Assembly: GCA_963733195.1 (NCBI GenBank)
Contig: CAVTCR010000053.1
Span: 38,439-102,438, forward strand
Reading direction: 5' to 3'
DNA: 64,000 nt
Origin: an uncultured delta proteobacterium
GTDB taxonomy: Bacteria; Desulfobacterota; Binatia; Bin18
Of this stretch, positions 42,736 to 52,193 are shown piece after piece (position 1 is the stretch's first letter; each line of letters begins with the position of its first letter). Below the pieces are notes generated by a model that was not told the DNA's origin, searched no databases, and saw nothing but the letters and a program-made list of their open reading frames with translations. Made by a program: the position numbers and the translations under genes.

Positions 42736-43825
42736 ATGGGGTTTCGGTTTTTCAAACGGGTAGGGCTTGCTAAAGGAGTCACGCTCAACCTGAGTAAATC
42801 TGGTGGATCGGTGTCTGTTGGGCCACAAGGTGCAAAGTTGACGCTCGGCCCGCAAGGTGCTCGCGTAACCCTCGGCATTCCAGGTACGGGACTGTACTAT
42901 ACGACCAATTTTTCCTTGGGCAAACTTGGAAGAATGTTTAGTAGATCATCCGAAGCTGAAGCAACAGAGACCGCACAAACGCAAACACCTAGCAGAGACG
43001 CAAACTGCGACTCCGACACCTGCAGAAGCTGAGAATGCTAAGGCAACCAAAGAGACGTTGACTCAATTGAATGTTCCTGACGATCAAAAAGCGCTTGCCG
43101 ACGGCTGCAAGGCACTTGCGGATGGTAATGAGGAGGCTGCGTTTTCCCATTTCCAGAATGCCACTCATTTGGCTGATGGAGCTTTCTTGGCCGGGGTTTT
43201 AGCCTTGAAAAGAGAGCGGTTCGCGGATGCAGCGCAATACCTTGCGGCTGCCGCCGAGAAAGAAACCGAGCTAGGTCGCTACCTGTCGAACTATGGCATA
43301 GGGGCAACGCTAAGCCTACCGATTACCGAGGAAGTGACTGCGCATATTACGCCGACTATTCACGGAGCTTTACTTGCGTTGGCCGAAGCTTATCAAGCGC
43401 AAGAGAAAATCCCAGAGGCAATTGCGTGCCTTGAACGTTTGCAACAACATGGGCCAGTCGATGTGGTAGTGAAATTATCCCTGGCTGAGCTGTTGGCGGA
43501 GAACCATAGCGACAAAGATACACTTCAGAAAGTCGTTAAACTCACAGAAGGTGTAGAAAACGAATCGGCTGTCCATGCGGCGCTGCTGTTATGTAAGGCT
43601 CAGGCACTTCGTGGATTGGGACTGCTTGACGGTGCTGTCGATGTGTTGACCACGACGTTACGTCGTCAGAAAGACCGACCTGACGAGTTGCTGCGAGCCT
43701 TACGTTATGAACGTGCGCTGGTGTACGATGGGCAAGGACAAGCAAAGAAGGCGCGTTCAGAATTCGAGAAAATCTACGCGGAAGATCCAAACTATGAGGA
43801 TGTCGCGACGCGACTGAAGGTTTAA
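42736..43825 (+). CDS. DUF4236 + TPR protein (frameshift near 42980-43000)
   Basis: MGFRFFKRV..GVTLNLSKSG...GIPGTGLYY followed by helical TPR-like ORF 42926..43825. Confidence 0.75.
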
Positions 43826-44007
43826 ATGTGTACTGCCCCCGCTGTCGGAAGAAGATGCAAGTGCAAGCGCACAGGCCACACAAAAAAGAAAAGTGGCGGT
43901 GTGGGGCGTGTGGCAAGATACGTATGAAACCTGTGCCGAATCGTGATAAAGAACGAACAAGTCGATGACACGAATAGCCCGAAGGGCTGTCTGGATGGGA
44001 GGTGGAT

Positions 44008-44517
44008 ATGTTGTGGCGAATGGCTGTCCTTAGTTTCCTATTCGCATTGGTTCTTCAGGGGTGTAGAGCCGACCACTCCGGCGACCAAATTATTGATCTG
44101 CAAAAGCAGCTCTCATTGCTGTCGCGGCAGGTTGAAGAGGGTCGCAAAGAAATCAATGCTCTCCAGGACACGGATAAAAGCTTACGACAATCACTTGATT
44201 CTGCGGAAGCAGAGATTAACCGACTCAAAGCCTTAGAGACGTTGCCACCTAGTGCGGCAAGGGGAGCGTTAGAAGAAGAGGAGCTGTCTGTGACTCCAGT
44301 CCTGATGCCTACTCGACGACAGCCCCTCACGCCTGCGCCTCGCGAGCCATTTTCTATCGCGACTATACAACAACACAAAGCGACGACCTCGTGTCCTCAG
44401 GTCTGGGCACTACTCGGACAGGGAAAGAATACTGCAGAGGCCGCGAAAGCTCTGAAGACAACGATCGAACGTGTGCGATCATGCGAGCAACAAGTCGGGC
44501 GGGGGCGTGCCCAGTAA
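44008..44517 (+). CDS. Hypothetical lipoprotein with coiled coil
   Basis: Lipobox LQGC and heptad coiled-coil segment. Confidence 0.6.
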   Translation: MLWRMAVLSFLFALVLQGCRADHSGDQIIDLQKQLSLLSRQVEEGRKEINALQDTDKSLRQSLDSAEAEINRLKALETLPPSAARGALEEEELSVTPVLMPTRRQPLTPAPREPFSIATIQQHKATTSCPQVWALLGQGKNTAEAAKALKTTIERVRSCEQQVGRGRAQ

Positions 44518-44585
44518 GGGCCTATATGAGGATACCTCAAAATTAGGAGTTCTTTTGGGCCGGTTTCGCCGCCCCGCCTCTGATG

Positions 44586-44646
44586 GCAGGCGTAGCCTGC
44601 CCTACATCCTGGTGGTATCCACGTAGGGCGGGCTGTGCCCGCCTAC
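44586..44646. repeat. GTAG-type REP doublet (REPIN-like)
   Basis: GGCAGGCGTAGCCTGCCCTAC and GTAGGGCGGGCTGTGCCCGCCTAC palindromes between convergent genes. Confidence 0.65.
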
Positions 44647-44649
44647 GCG

Positions 44650-45147
44650 CTATTTTGCCGGGTCAGAGGGTTGCGCAGTCGGAGCTGGTGGCTTTTGTGC
44701 ATTCTGCCTCTGCCTCCAGTTGACATAGGCAGACAGCAGACCTGGGAGGTCCAAAGGAGATTCGGTCTCGCGCAGTTTGCCGCCGGGTTTGATCAGTTCG
44801 TTTGAACCGCCGGGAGAAATTGTTACATACCGTTCGCCTAGCAGCCCTTTGGTTTGAATCGAAGCAATGGCGTCATTCTGTACGGGGACACTATCGCGTA
44901 GTTTTAATGAGACCTGAGCGCGGGTGCCGTCGAGATGGATAGCAGTGACATGACCAACCGGAACTCCTGCAAGTTCCACTGGCGATCCCGGCTTCAGACC
45001 CCCAGCGTTTGAGAAGTCGGCACGAATGGTATAGCCTCCTCCGTGTCCGAAGTCAGCTTCTCCCAAGCGAGTAAACAAATAGACCAGCGACAATACGCCG
45101 ATCACGAGAAAGCCTAACACTCGAGCGCCTAAGCCTAGTGACTGCAT
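44650..45147 (-). CDS. mlaD: MlaD/MCE family lipid asymmetry maintenance protein
   Basis: ADFSNAGGLKPGSPVELAGVPVG, ASIQTKGLLGERYVTISPGG. Confidence 0.85.
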   Translation of the reverse strand: MQSLGLGARVLGFLVIGVLSLVYLFTRLGEADFGHGGGYTIRADFSNAGGLKPGSPVELAGVPVGHVTAIHLDGTRAQVSLKLRDSVPVQNDAIASIQTKGLLGERYVTISPGGSNELIKPGGKLRETESPLDLPGLLSAYVNWRQRQNAQKPPAPTAQPSDPAK

Positions 45148-45382
45148 GAGGGCGCGAGTGTAGCAGCCCGACTTCTGCTGCCCAAGGTCCCCTGCTGCTT
45201 ATAATAATGAATGCAGAATTCTGAATGATGAACAAAAAGTAGTCAGTAGCCAGTAGATCCTTTAACGCTGAACGCTGAATGGAAAAAGACTCTAGGCCAC
45301 AAGCTGTAGTGATGACGGGGAGGAGGGGGACCCTACAGCCTTTAATTTCCTTCCCTATTCAGCATTTTGCATTCTGCTTTCA

Positions 45383-46018
45383 TCATTCTTTTTGGCTCTG
45401 GATGTTGAACTCGGAACTTAAACTCCACTCCTGCGTCACGATGATATTTGCCTCGCTGCGAACCGTTGCTGTTCCAGCGCTTGGGGCAGAGAAGTTGAAG
45501 TTCAGATCAACATCTTCGAGTGTAACATCAGTCCTGGCAGAGAGGTTTTTCAATCGCCCGCTGGCGTCTTGAAAAACTGCGACGGGATCGCCAGGGTCAA
45601 TCGTGCCGTCTTGATTCACGCCAACTTGATCGAGCAGAAAAATGACAGTGAGATCTCCCGCCGCTAAGTTAGGAACAGTAAACCTACGGTCGTCTCCAAC
45701 AATACCGACTTCTGCATCGCGGAAATCTTGGAAGGTCCCCGGATCACGCAGATCGACAAAAACGAAAACCAGGATTGGTCGAGCAGTGGCAGGACGCAGA
45801 TTAAAGATATTACCTTGCACTACGGTCTCTTCTACACGGCGAGTACCACTTTGCCCACCACCAGTTTCCGCACCGAAACGAAGCGAGGATTCGCCTTTGC
45901 CGATACGTAGGCCATCTTTTTTGTTGGTACCTAGTTCGAGATCGCTACCACACGCGATACTTAAACAGGAGAGGACCACAGCCAGAAATCCACGCCACAT
46001 ACCACACCTCGAACGCAT
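45383..46018 (-). CDS. Hypothetical lipoprotein
   Basis: Lipobox-like LSIAC; D..GV.QDGTIDPGD Ca-binding-like loop. Confidence 0.55.
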   Translation of the reverse strand: MRSRCGMWRGFLAVVLSCLSIACGSDLELGTNKKDGLRIGKGESSLRFGAETGGGQSGTRRVEETVVQGNIFNLRPATARPILVFVFVDLRDPGTFQDFRDAEVGIVGDDRRFTVPNLAAGDLTVIFLLDQVGVNQDGTIDPGDPVAVFQDASGRLKNLSARTDVTLEDVDLNFNFSAPSAGTATVRSEANIIVTQEWSLSSEFNIQSQKE

Positions 46019-46091
46019 GGTGATTGTGTAGAGGAAATTGAGGGGCACGTCAAAAGCTAAATTGGACCACAGGAGATTGGCACAGCAGAGT

Positions 46092-46152
46092 TGTCACCCT
46101 GAGTGGAACGAAGGGTCTCTCAGAGAGATTCTTCGCTGCGCTCAGAATGACA
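46092..46152. repeat. REP-like palindromic element
   Basis: TGTCACCCTGAG..GAACGAAGGGTCTCT / AGAGATTCTTCGCTGCGCTCAGAATGACA inverted repeat. Confidence 0.7.
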
Positions 46153-46324
46153 TGTCCGTGGGGCCACCGGGTAAAGTGTACGAATGTTCTGTGGTTCGAT
46201 TTAGGTAGTGATGGAGGCGAGAGGAATAACATAAGCAGAGCTATTTCATCTTTGTCGAGAGGATAGCGAAGCTCTCAGCTCTCTCCTCCGTTGGCATTCC
46301 GAAAAAGGATCGTGTATACCACGT

Positions 46325-47590
46325 TTATCCTGCGCTTTTGTGCGTGCGAACTGAGAGGCCGGGACGACGGGGTTCAATGCGGATGCTGCGGTGTACATCG
46401 CCTTTGAACGCCGACTTATACCCCATGGTATATTGTTGACGTAGTTCATCGGCGATCGCCTGCACAGCAAGATCAAGTACGGCTTGGTTGCCCAGCACAT
46501 CCGTCGTGTCCAACAAGAAGTGCTTGCCCCCGCTCTCGTTGCTAAACGTCTGCAGTACATTTACATCGACCGTATCTTCAGGACCACTCCCACTGCCGCC
46601 GAGTGGCGGTAGCGGGGGCTGACCCATGCCCGGAAATCCTCTGCCCGGCATGCCCATTCCCGGCCAGTGTCCTCCGGGAAACCGCATCCCTCTACTTGGA
46701 TTGGGTCGATGGGATAATCCCATGCCTGACGTGCGTAGACCGCTAGCTGGGTTGCCGATGCCAATGGTGTAGACCATCACTTCGGCGCGTTGCACAGTCG
46801 CAACCGTTTCCTCCAATGATGTCGTGCTTGCCGTATCTAGACCATCAGTCAGTACGACCAGCGCGCGTTTCTGACGACGTCCCTGATTGACGTGCTGGAG
46901 CCCCTCTCGTATTGCGTCGTAGAGCGCGGTCTCTCCGAGGGGTTCCAATAATGTGGTTCCCTGGTCCAGCAAGACGCGACTATCCGTGAAATCCTGCAGC
47001 ATCGCCAACCGATGATTGAACGCTTGCAAGAACACTTCATCGCCACTGCGGATCGTTGTGAAGAAACGCTGCAGGGCTTGGCGCGCCCGGCCAATCTTGT
47101 TGAGCATGCTGCCGCTGGTATCCACAAGAAACCCGATACTGACTGGCTCTTCTTGGCCGGTGGTAAAATAGGTGATCGGCTGAGGGAGGTCCTCTTCGTA
47201 CACCTGAAAATCCTCGGGCCGGAGACCGGGCACATACTGTCCGGACGCATCGGTGACTGTAATGGTGAGGAATTGAGTTGGCCTTCGAGAGTCTGGTTGT
47301 GTACGTGGAGCGATGGTCGCCTGGTTTTGCGGCATGGGCACGGTAGCCTGTTGTGGCTGTGTTGGAATCTCTAACTGATTGTGCTGTTGAGGAGTCGGCT
47401 GTTGTGTCTGCGGTGGAATTTCTAAGACTTGCTTACCAGAGGGATGAGGAGGCTGAGGAACTGGAATCGCTGATGGTTGTTGTGGCAGCGGCCTCGGCCC
47501 CTGCCACCCGTCAGCCGGTATTGCTTGTCCCTCTGCGAGTTCCCTCGACACTGTTGAGAGGAGGAGGAACAACGCGACCCTAAGATTCAT
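46325..47590 (-). CDS. Secreted vWA-domain protein with Pro/Gln-rich N-terminus
   Basis: VTDASGQYVPGL..EDF..YE, MIDAS DTSGSM, TALYDA, LTDGLD, LRQQY. Confidence 0.85.
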   Translation of the reverse strand: MNLRVALFLLLSTVSRELAEGQAIPADGWQGPRPLPQQPSAIPVPQPPHPSGKQVLEIPPQTQQPTPQQHNQLEIPTQPQQATVPMPQNQATIAPRTQPDSRRPTQFLTITVTDASGQYVPGLRPEDFQVYEEDLPQPITYFTTGQEEPVSIGFLVDTSGSMLNKIGRARQALQRFFTTIRSGDEVFLQAFNHRLAMLQDFTDSRVLLDQGTTLLEPLGETALYDAIREGLQHVNQGRRQKRALVVLTDGLDTASTTSLEETVATVQRAEVMVYTIGIGNPASGLRTSGMGLSHRPNPSRGMRFPGGHWPGMGMPGRGFPGMGQPPLPPLGGSGSGPEDTVDVNVLQTFSNESGGKHFLLDTTDVLGNQAVLDLAVQAIADELRQQYTMGYKSAFKGDVHRSIRIEPRRPGLSVRTHKSAG

Positions 47591-47636
47591 TCCGCCGAAG
47601 AGTATGCATTTGGTAGCCTCGATCGATGAACATCCC

Positions 47637-47957
47637 TTAGAACGGCCTCCGATGATGCGGTCCGTGCGGTGGGCGGTGAGCGGCAAGTTCCTCTGCGCTC
47701 ACCTGACCATCACCATTGGCATCAAGACAGGTAAAGTGTCGCTGTGCCCGTGCCGCCTCAAACAACTTGGTAAAGGTGGCAAACTCCCCGACTGACAATG
47801 TGTTACTTTTGTCTGCATCTGCTTCGGCGAACATCGCGGTTCGTGTCATCGTGATTTCTTCTTCCGACGGTGGACCACACTCTGCAGCAACATCGTAAGC
47901 GAGTCCACCACTGACAGCAAACCACCCAGCAAGAAAAACGAGACGAGAGAATTTCAT
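47637..47957 (-). CDS. Secreted EF-hand protein
   Basis: Signal peptide; DADKSNTLSVGEF and DANGDGQVSAEEL loops. Confidence 0.8.
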   Translation of the reverse strand: MKFSRLVFLAGWFAVSGGLAYDVAAECGPPSEEEITMTRTAMFAEADADKSNTLSVGEFATFTKLFEAARAQRHFTCLDANGDGQVSAEELAAHRPPHGPHHRRPF

Positions 47958-48090
47958 GACTCCTGACCCCTTTTCTTTTAACGTGTGGCCAATCGTGGCC
48001 AGTTTCGTATTTCACCCGCAAGAACAACCCATTGCTGCCTTACGTACCTATCCTCGCCCTCCTTTCGTTCCCGGGCAAGGACAGTCCTTA

Positions 48091-48732
48091 TTAGAAATCA
48101 CAATAGCCTTCTTCCTCTGTACTGACGAGGATGAGACATTGACATGCCTCTTGCCAGCGGAACAGTCCTTTGACAAGTTTGGTGGCCCCGGAGTTTTTGT
48201 CGGTTATCTGTACGTTTTCAACACAGAGAGTGCTATTATCTTCAACCTGAGCGAACGAGGTATCGATGTCAACAGAGAATTGATTCAAGAAGCTGAAGTC
48301 CCCGAGCTTGACTACGGTAACTGTCCGAGTGTCGGAGACGAAGCTTGTTCCTGCCGAGGTACGAACCTCTACTCGAATCGTATGAGATCCGGCAGAGAGT
48401 TCCCCCCAGTTCGTCGTTACGCCAAAACCACTGTTTCCAGCGTTTGTCTCGTTTGGAAAGGTGGCTTGGACATCGAGACGGGTGGTACAACATGCGATGT
48501 TCCCTCGAGAAACCCCATCAACAAAAAGTTCAATACTGCTGATCTGTACTCCTGACGTTGTGTCATACGCCCAGCCCCGTATAACTGCGACACCAGCAAC
48601 TGTCTCGTTGTCGAGCGGACTTTCAAGGTTTGTTTTCAGTTCTGCGTGCGCAGTCAACGGAAAACACAGGGACAGGCTCAGTACCCAGACACAAAAACAA
48701 AGAAAAATGATACGTGATGTAGGGTAATGCAT
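48091..48732 (-). CDS. Secreted Ig-like domain protein
   Basis: Signal peptide ending AHA; LESP..., IRGWA, ELFVDG, R.DV...F, SGFG..NWGEL.AG.HT. Confidence 0.6.
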   Translation of the reverse strand: MHYPTSRIIFLCFCVWVLSLSLCFPLTAHAELKTNLESPLDNETVAGVAVIRGWAYDTTSGVQISSIELFVDGVSRGNIACCTTRLDVQATFPNETNAGNSGFGVTTNWGELSAGSHTIRVEVRTSAGTSFVSDTRTVTVVKLGDFSFLNQFSVDIDTSFAQVEDNSTLCVENVQITDKNSGATKLVKGLFRWQEACQCLILVSTEEEGYCDF

Positions 48733-48988
48733 TGAAATCTCCTCTATTAGATGTGTTTGCTTGACGTGGTAGTTGGTTCTGCTCAGAGCTGTCTGCAAAC
48801 CGTAAGTTCCTGTCATTGCGAGAAGCTGAAAGCGACGAAGCAATCTCGTTTTCGGGCAGGGATTGCTTCACTGCTGCTAGAAAATGCTGAGCTAAGGATC
48901 CAGCTCTGAGAAGACCTGCTATCGCAAGGCGCGCCGCAGGATCGTACTGTAACTCGATGTCGCGACAACTCTCGTTTGCAGACGCCCT

Positions 48989-49735
48989 CTAGAGATCCTC
49001 ACGCGCGATACGAAAAGACGCGACGCCGTGTTGAGTATCCCCACCAAGAGCGAGACGAAGCAAGAGTCGTGCGCCATTACTGCTTTGGCCTCCGCTTCCA
49101 CTCGAGCCGCTCAGATAAATGTTGTCTGCTGTATTGCGTGTGTCGGGCGCGCCACGCGTGTTGTACGGAGCTAACTGGAACACTTCATCCGTAATGGTAT
49201 CGTCGAAGAAAAACTGGGTGGTAAACTCATAGGTCTGCTGGGTCCCAGTGAATAAACGTACCTTGACGTGGATGTGAACGGTTCGACCAGAATACCATCC
49301 CGGATAGATCGTGCGAAAGCGAACCTCTCCCCGTTGATTCGTTATCTGATAACCACGGAGAAATTTCTGTCCCACCGTGTTATTCGCTTGCACATCAGAG
49401 TAGAGACCGGCGGCGTTGCAGTGCCACACATCAACATACGCCCCTGGTACGGGCGAGAGTGTCCCGTTGTCGATACTGGAGACGACGACCCGTAACAACA
49501 ACGGAAAGCCTGGTTGGATGGAGCCGTTCGTCGGATCAATACGAATATCAGAGCGATTGAGCAGTTCATCCACGAAGTACGGACCTTCAGTCAACGATGG
49601 AGTCTGTACAATTGTGCTCTGCGCGAAGGCGGTCCCGTAGTTTCTTCCGAACCCCGTCAGAGTCAGCACGCCTGCGGCTCCTAGCCGAAACAGTTCACGC
49701 CTGGCAAACAAGCGGTGAGAAATCTCCTTGATCAT
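48989..49735 (-). CDS. Tat-exported intradiol ring-cleavage dioxygenase-like protein
   Basis: ARRELF Tat motif; TEGPY, DVWHCNAAGLYS, FLRGYQ, PGWYSGRTVHIH; C-terminus possibly frameshifted. Confidence 0.85.
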   Translation of the reverse strand: MIKEISHRLFARRELFRLGAAGVLTLTGFGRNYGTAFAQSTIVQTPSLTEGPYFVDELLNRSDIRIDPTNGSIQPGFPLLLRVVVSSIDNGTLSPVPGAYVDVWHCNAAGLYSDVQANNTVGQKFLRGYQITNQRGEVRFRTIYPGWYSGRTVHIHVKVRLFTGTQQTYEFTTQFFFDDTITDEVFQLAPYNTRGAPDTRNTADNIYLSGSSGSGGQSSNGARLLLRLALGGDTQHGVASFRIAREDL

Positions 49736-50026
49736 TGTCCTATCCTTTTTTCATGCGGTATTGATGCATGGGATTTACCGCCTTGTTCTTAGTAAACAAG
49801 AGAAAAGTGAAAAAATGATGAAAATTGAAATTATTTTCTCTGGCCGAAGCATTTTGTGTTCTTGGGACACAGTATTTTTTCTAAAAGGAAAAGCCGATCG
49901 GTTTTTCATCTTGATTTCATCTTTTTGTCCTATCCTGTATGGCTAGAGAGTACACTGGAACTGTGTACCCCTCTCTGTTGTCCAATGGTAACCGAGTGAG
50001 AGAACGATGACGAGGAGTATAGAGCG

Positions 50027-50410
50027 ATGAAAGTGCTGGTTATTGAGGATGATGCCGGTATTGGGAAGCTGGTGCGACGGGGACTTGAGGAGGCGGCTTA
50101 TCAAGTGGACGTCGCACTCGACGGAGCGACAGGGCTGAACATGGCGCTGGAAAATACCTATGTCGCTATTGTGTTGGACGTGATGCTCCCCAAGCTAGAT
50201 GGATGGCGCGTGTGTGAGGATCTGCGATCGCATCGTAGCCGTACGCCTATTCTCATGTTGACGGCGCGTGACCCGCGCTGGGCGGACGATAGGGTTGAGT
50301 CATCGAGAATACGAACTACTGGAATCATTGGCAGCCAATGAAGGTCGAGTGCTGACCCGTGAGGCGGTTCAGGAGCGGGTGTGGATGGCGGAAAATTCCT
50401 TTACAAATCT
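50027..50410 (+). pseudogene. OmpR-family response regulator with internal deletion and 3' truncation
   Basis: Receiver ends at ILMLTARD and jumps out of frame to wHTH VTRAGRTIGLSHREYELL...RVLTR; the KPF region and wHTH end are missing. Confidence 0.7.
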
Positions 50411-50493
50411 GAACTCTCCTTGCACACTTTCAGTTTTCCTCATAAAAGAACGGCGCGGCGGCACGATGTCGATTGTAGATTGCGGATTGGAGA

Positions 50494-51387
50494 TTGGCGA
50501 TTGCGGATTGGTTCTTGCTCTTATCGGGTGTCGTTCTTTTGGTGGCAGTAGGGAATGTCTGGGCAGCTGAGAGTACTCTCATTACCAAAGGTCGCTATGT
50601 CTTTGCCCTTGCCGGCGGTTGTGGTTGTCATACGGCGGAAGGCGGTCCCACGAACGCTGGTGGCCGACCTTTGAAGACGCCGTTCGGAACCTTCTACGGC
50701 ACGAATATCACCCCTGAGCCGATTCATGGCATCGGCAAGTGGAGTGATAAGCAGCTGATAGACGGGATTCGCTTGGGGGTACGACCAGACGGTTCGGTGA
50801 TGAGCCCGGTCATGCCGTATCCAGCGTTCAACCGGATGAGTGATGAGGATGTAACCGCCTTGGTTGCGTATCTGCGTACGTTGCCAGCTGTGGCGCGGGA
50901 AAACCAGGCTCACAAACTGTCGATCCCCTTGAGCAGTGTTGGTAATCGCATCTGGCGTTGGTTGTTTTTTACTCCAACAATAGCTCCTCCACAGGCTCCA
51001 AAAGAAGGACTTGAGCGTGGACGCTACATTAGCGAGCATGTGGCTCACTGTCAGGAATGCCACACGCCACGCACGCTGTGGGGAACGCTTGACCGTTCTC
51101 GTGATCTTGCGGGTAACCCTAGTGGTATTGATGGTGAGGTTACGCCGAATATTACCCCCGATCCTGAGACGGGCGTGGGCAAGTGGAGTGATGACGATAT
51201 GATCTCGCTGCTCAAGAGTGGTTTTCTTCCTAATATGGATAATGTACAGGGGCTGATGGCTTTGGTGATTGAGGGAGTTCCTGAAGGTGGTTACAAAGAC
51301 ATGACCGATGCTGATGCGCAAGCAGTGACGCAGTATCTGAAGAATGTTCCGCCAATTGTGCAGCGTATCGAAACAAAAAAGAAATAA
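50494..51387 (+). CDS. Diheme cytochrome c (alcohol/gluconate dehydrogenase cytochrome subunit-like)
   Basis: CGCH and CQECH heme motifs, NITP..GIG.WS repeats, PVMPY; start uncertain. Confidence 0.85.
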   Translation: MAIADWFLLLSGVVLLVAVGNVWAAESTLITKGRYVFALAGGCGCHTAEGGPTNAGGRPLKTPFGTFYGTNITPEPIHGIGKWSDKQLIDGIRLGVRPDGSVMSPVMPYPAFNRMSDEDVTALVAYLRTLPAVARENQAHKLSIPLSSVGNRIWRWLFFTPTIAPPQAPKEGLERGRYISEHVAHCQECHTPRTLWGTLDRSRDLAGNPSGIDGEVTPNITPDPETGVGKWSDDDMISLLKSGFLPNMDNVQGLMALVIEGVPEGGYKDMTDADAQAVTQYLKNVPPIVQRIETKKK

Positions 51388-51418
51388 CTGTGTTCCTAAT
51401 GAAGGAGAGGAGAGTTGG

Positions 51419-51901
51419 ATGAAACGAAGAGTGTTGACAGTGGGAATAATACTGGTTGCGGGTTGGTTAGGAGTAAGTGCAGCCCATGAACAGCATGCCA
51501 AGCATTTACCCGATGGTAAAGATGTTATCGCTTTTCGTACCTATCTGATGGAGAACATTGGTGATAACGCCAAAGAGCTAAACGATAAGATTAAGGCAGG
51601 AAAAATTAAAGAAGCCAAACTGAACGCTCAGGCTATTGCCCTCCATTCGACTCGGATAACGGAGTTTTTTCCCAAAGGGAGTACGTCGGAAACTTCGCGA
51701 GCAAAGGATGAGATCTGGCAGAAGTGGGATGACTTCGTCAAAGCCTCAGATGCGTTTCGCGTCAACGTCGATGCCCTCGGTGTTGCTGCAGCCGATAACA
51801 ACGTGGAAGAGGCAAAAGCACAACTGAAGAAGGTCTTTGCTGATTGTAAAAGTTGTCACACCAACTTTCGCAAACCAGATAAAGATGAAGAAAAAAACTG
51901 A
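51419..51901 (+). CDS. Cytochrome c'/c556 (class II)
   Basis: Signal peptide, FPKGS, AKDEIW..WDDF, C-terminal CKSCH..FR. Confidence 0.88.
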   Translation: MKRRVLTVGIILVAGWLGVSAAHEQHAKHLPDGKDVIAFRTYLMENIGDNAKELNDKIKAGKIKEAKLNAQAIALHSTRITEFFPKGSTSETSRAKDEIWQKWDDFVKASDAFRVNVDALGVAAADNNVEEAKAQLKKVFADCKSCHTNFRKPDKDEEKN

Positions 51902-52022
51902 TCTTGCGTCCAATACGTAGAATAGCGATAGGTATCCAGCCAATAAGAGCTGAGTAAGTAAAGTTAAGGTGTAGGTTGCAAGTAGAGGTTGCCGTCTCAC
52001 AAATGATGATTATCTTACAGGT

Positions 52023-52115
52023 AATAAAGTGTTCCACGCGTCTGTTCCCCCCAACAGACGAACGTGGCCAAAGCCCCCGGGTTTACCCTCCTTTATCCGG
52101 GGGCTTTTTCTTTTT
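52023..52115 (+). ncRNA. Candidate small structured RNA or attenuator (two hairpins with C-rich loops)
   Basis: Hairpin 52034-52067 with CCCCCC loop; terminator-like hairpin 52070-52107 plus U-tract; TTGCCG-N16-TATCTT upstream. Confidence 0.4.
52070..52115 (+). terminator. Intrinsic terminator
   Basis: AAAGCCCCCGG/CCGGGGGCTTT stem followed by TTCTTTTT. Confidence 0.75.
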
Positions 52116-52193
52116 GTCATTCAGTCGTTCTGTTGCCGAGTCTTCCCTTGCACCACTTTAGGAAACATGAAATAAAATCGACTAACTCCTTGT

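Noticed and set aside
52023-52115. Assignment to a known riboswitch class
   Set aside because: No recognisable aptamer consensus (TPP, SAM, cobalamin, c-di-GMP), so it is kept only as an unclassified candidate.
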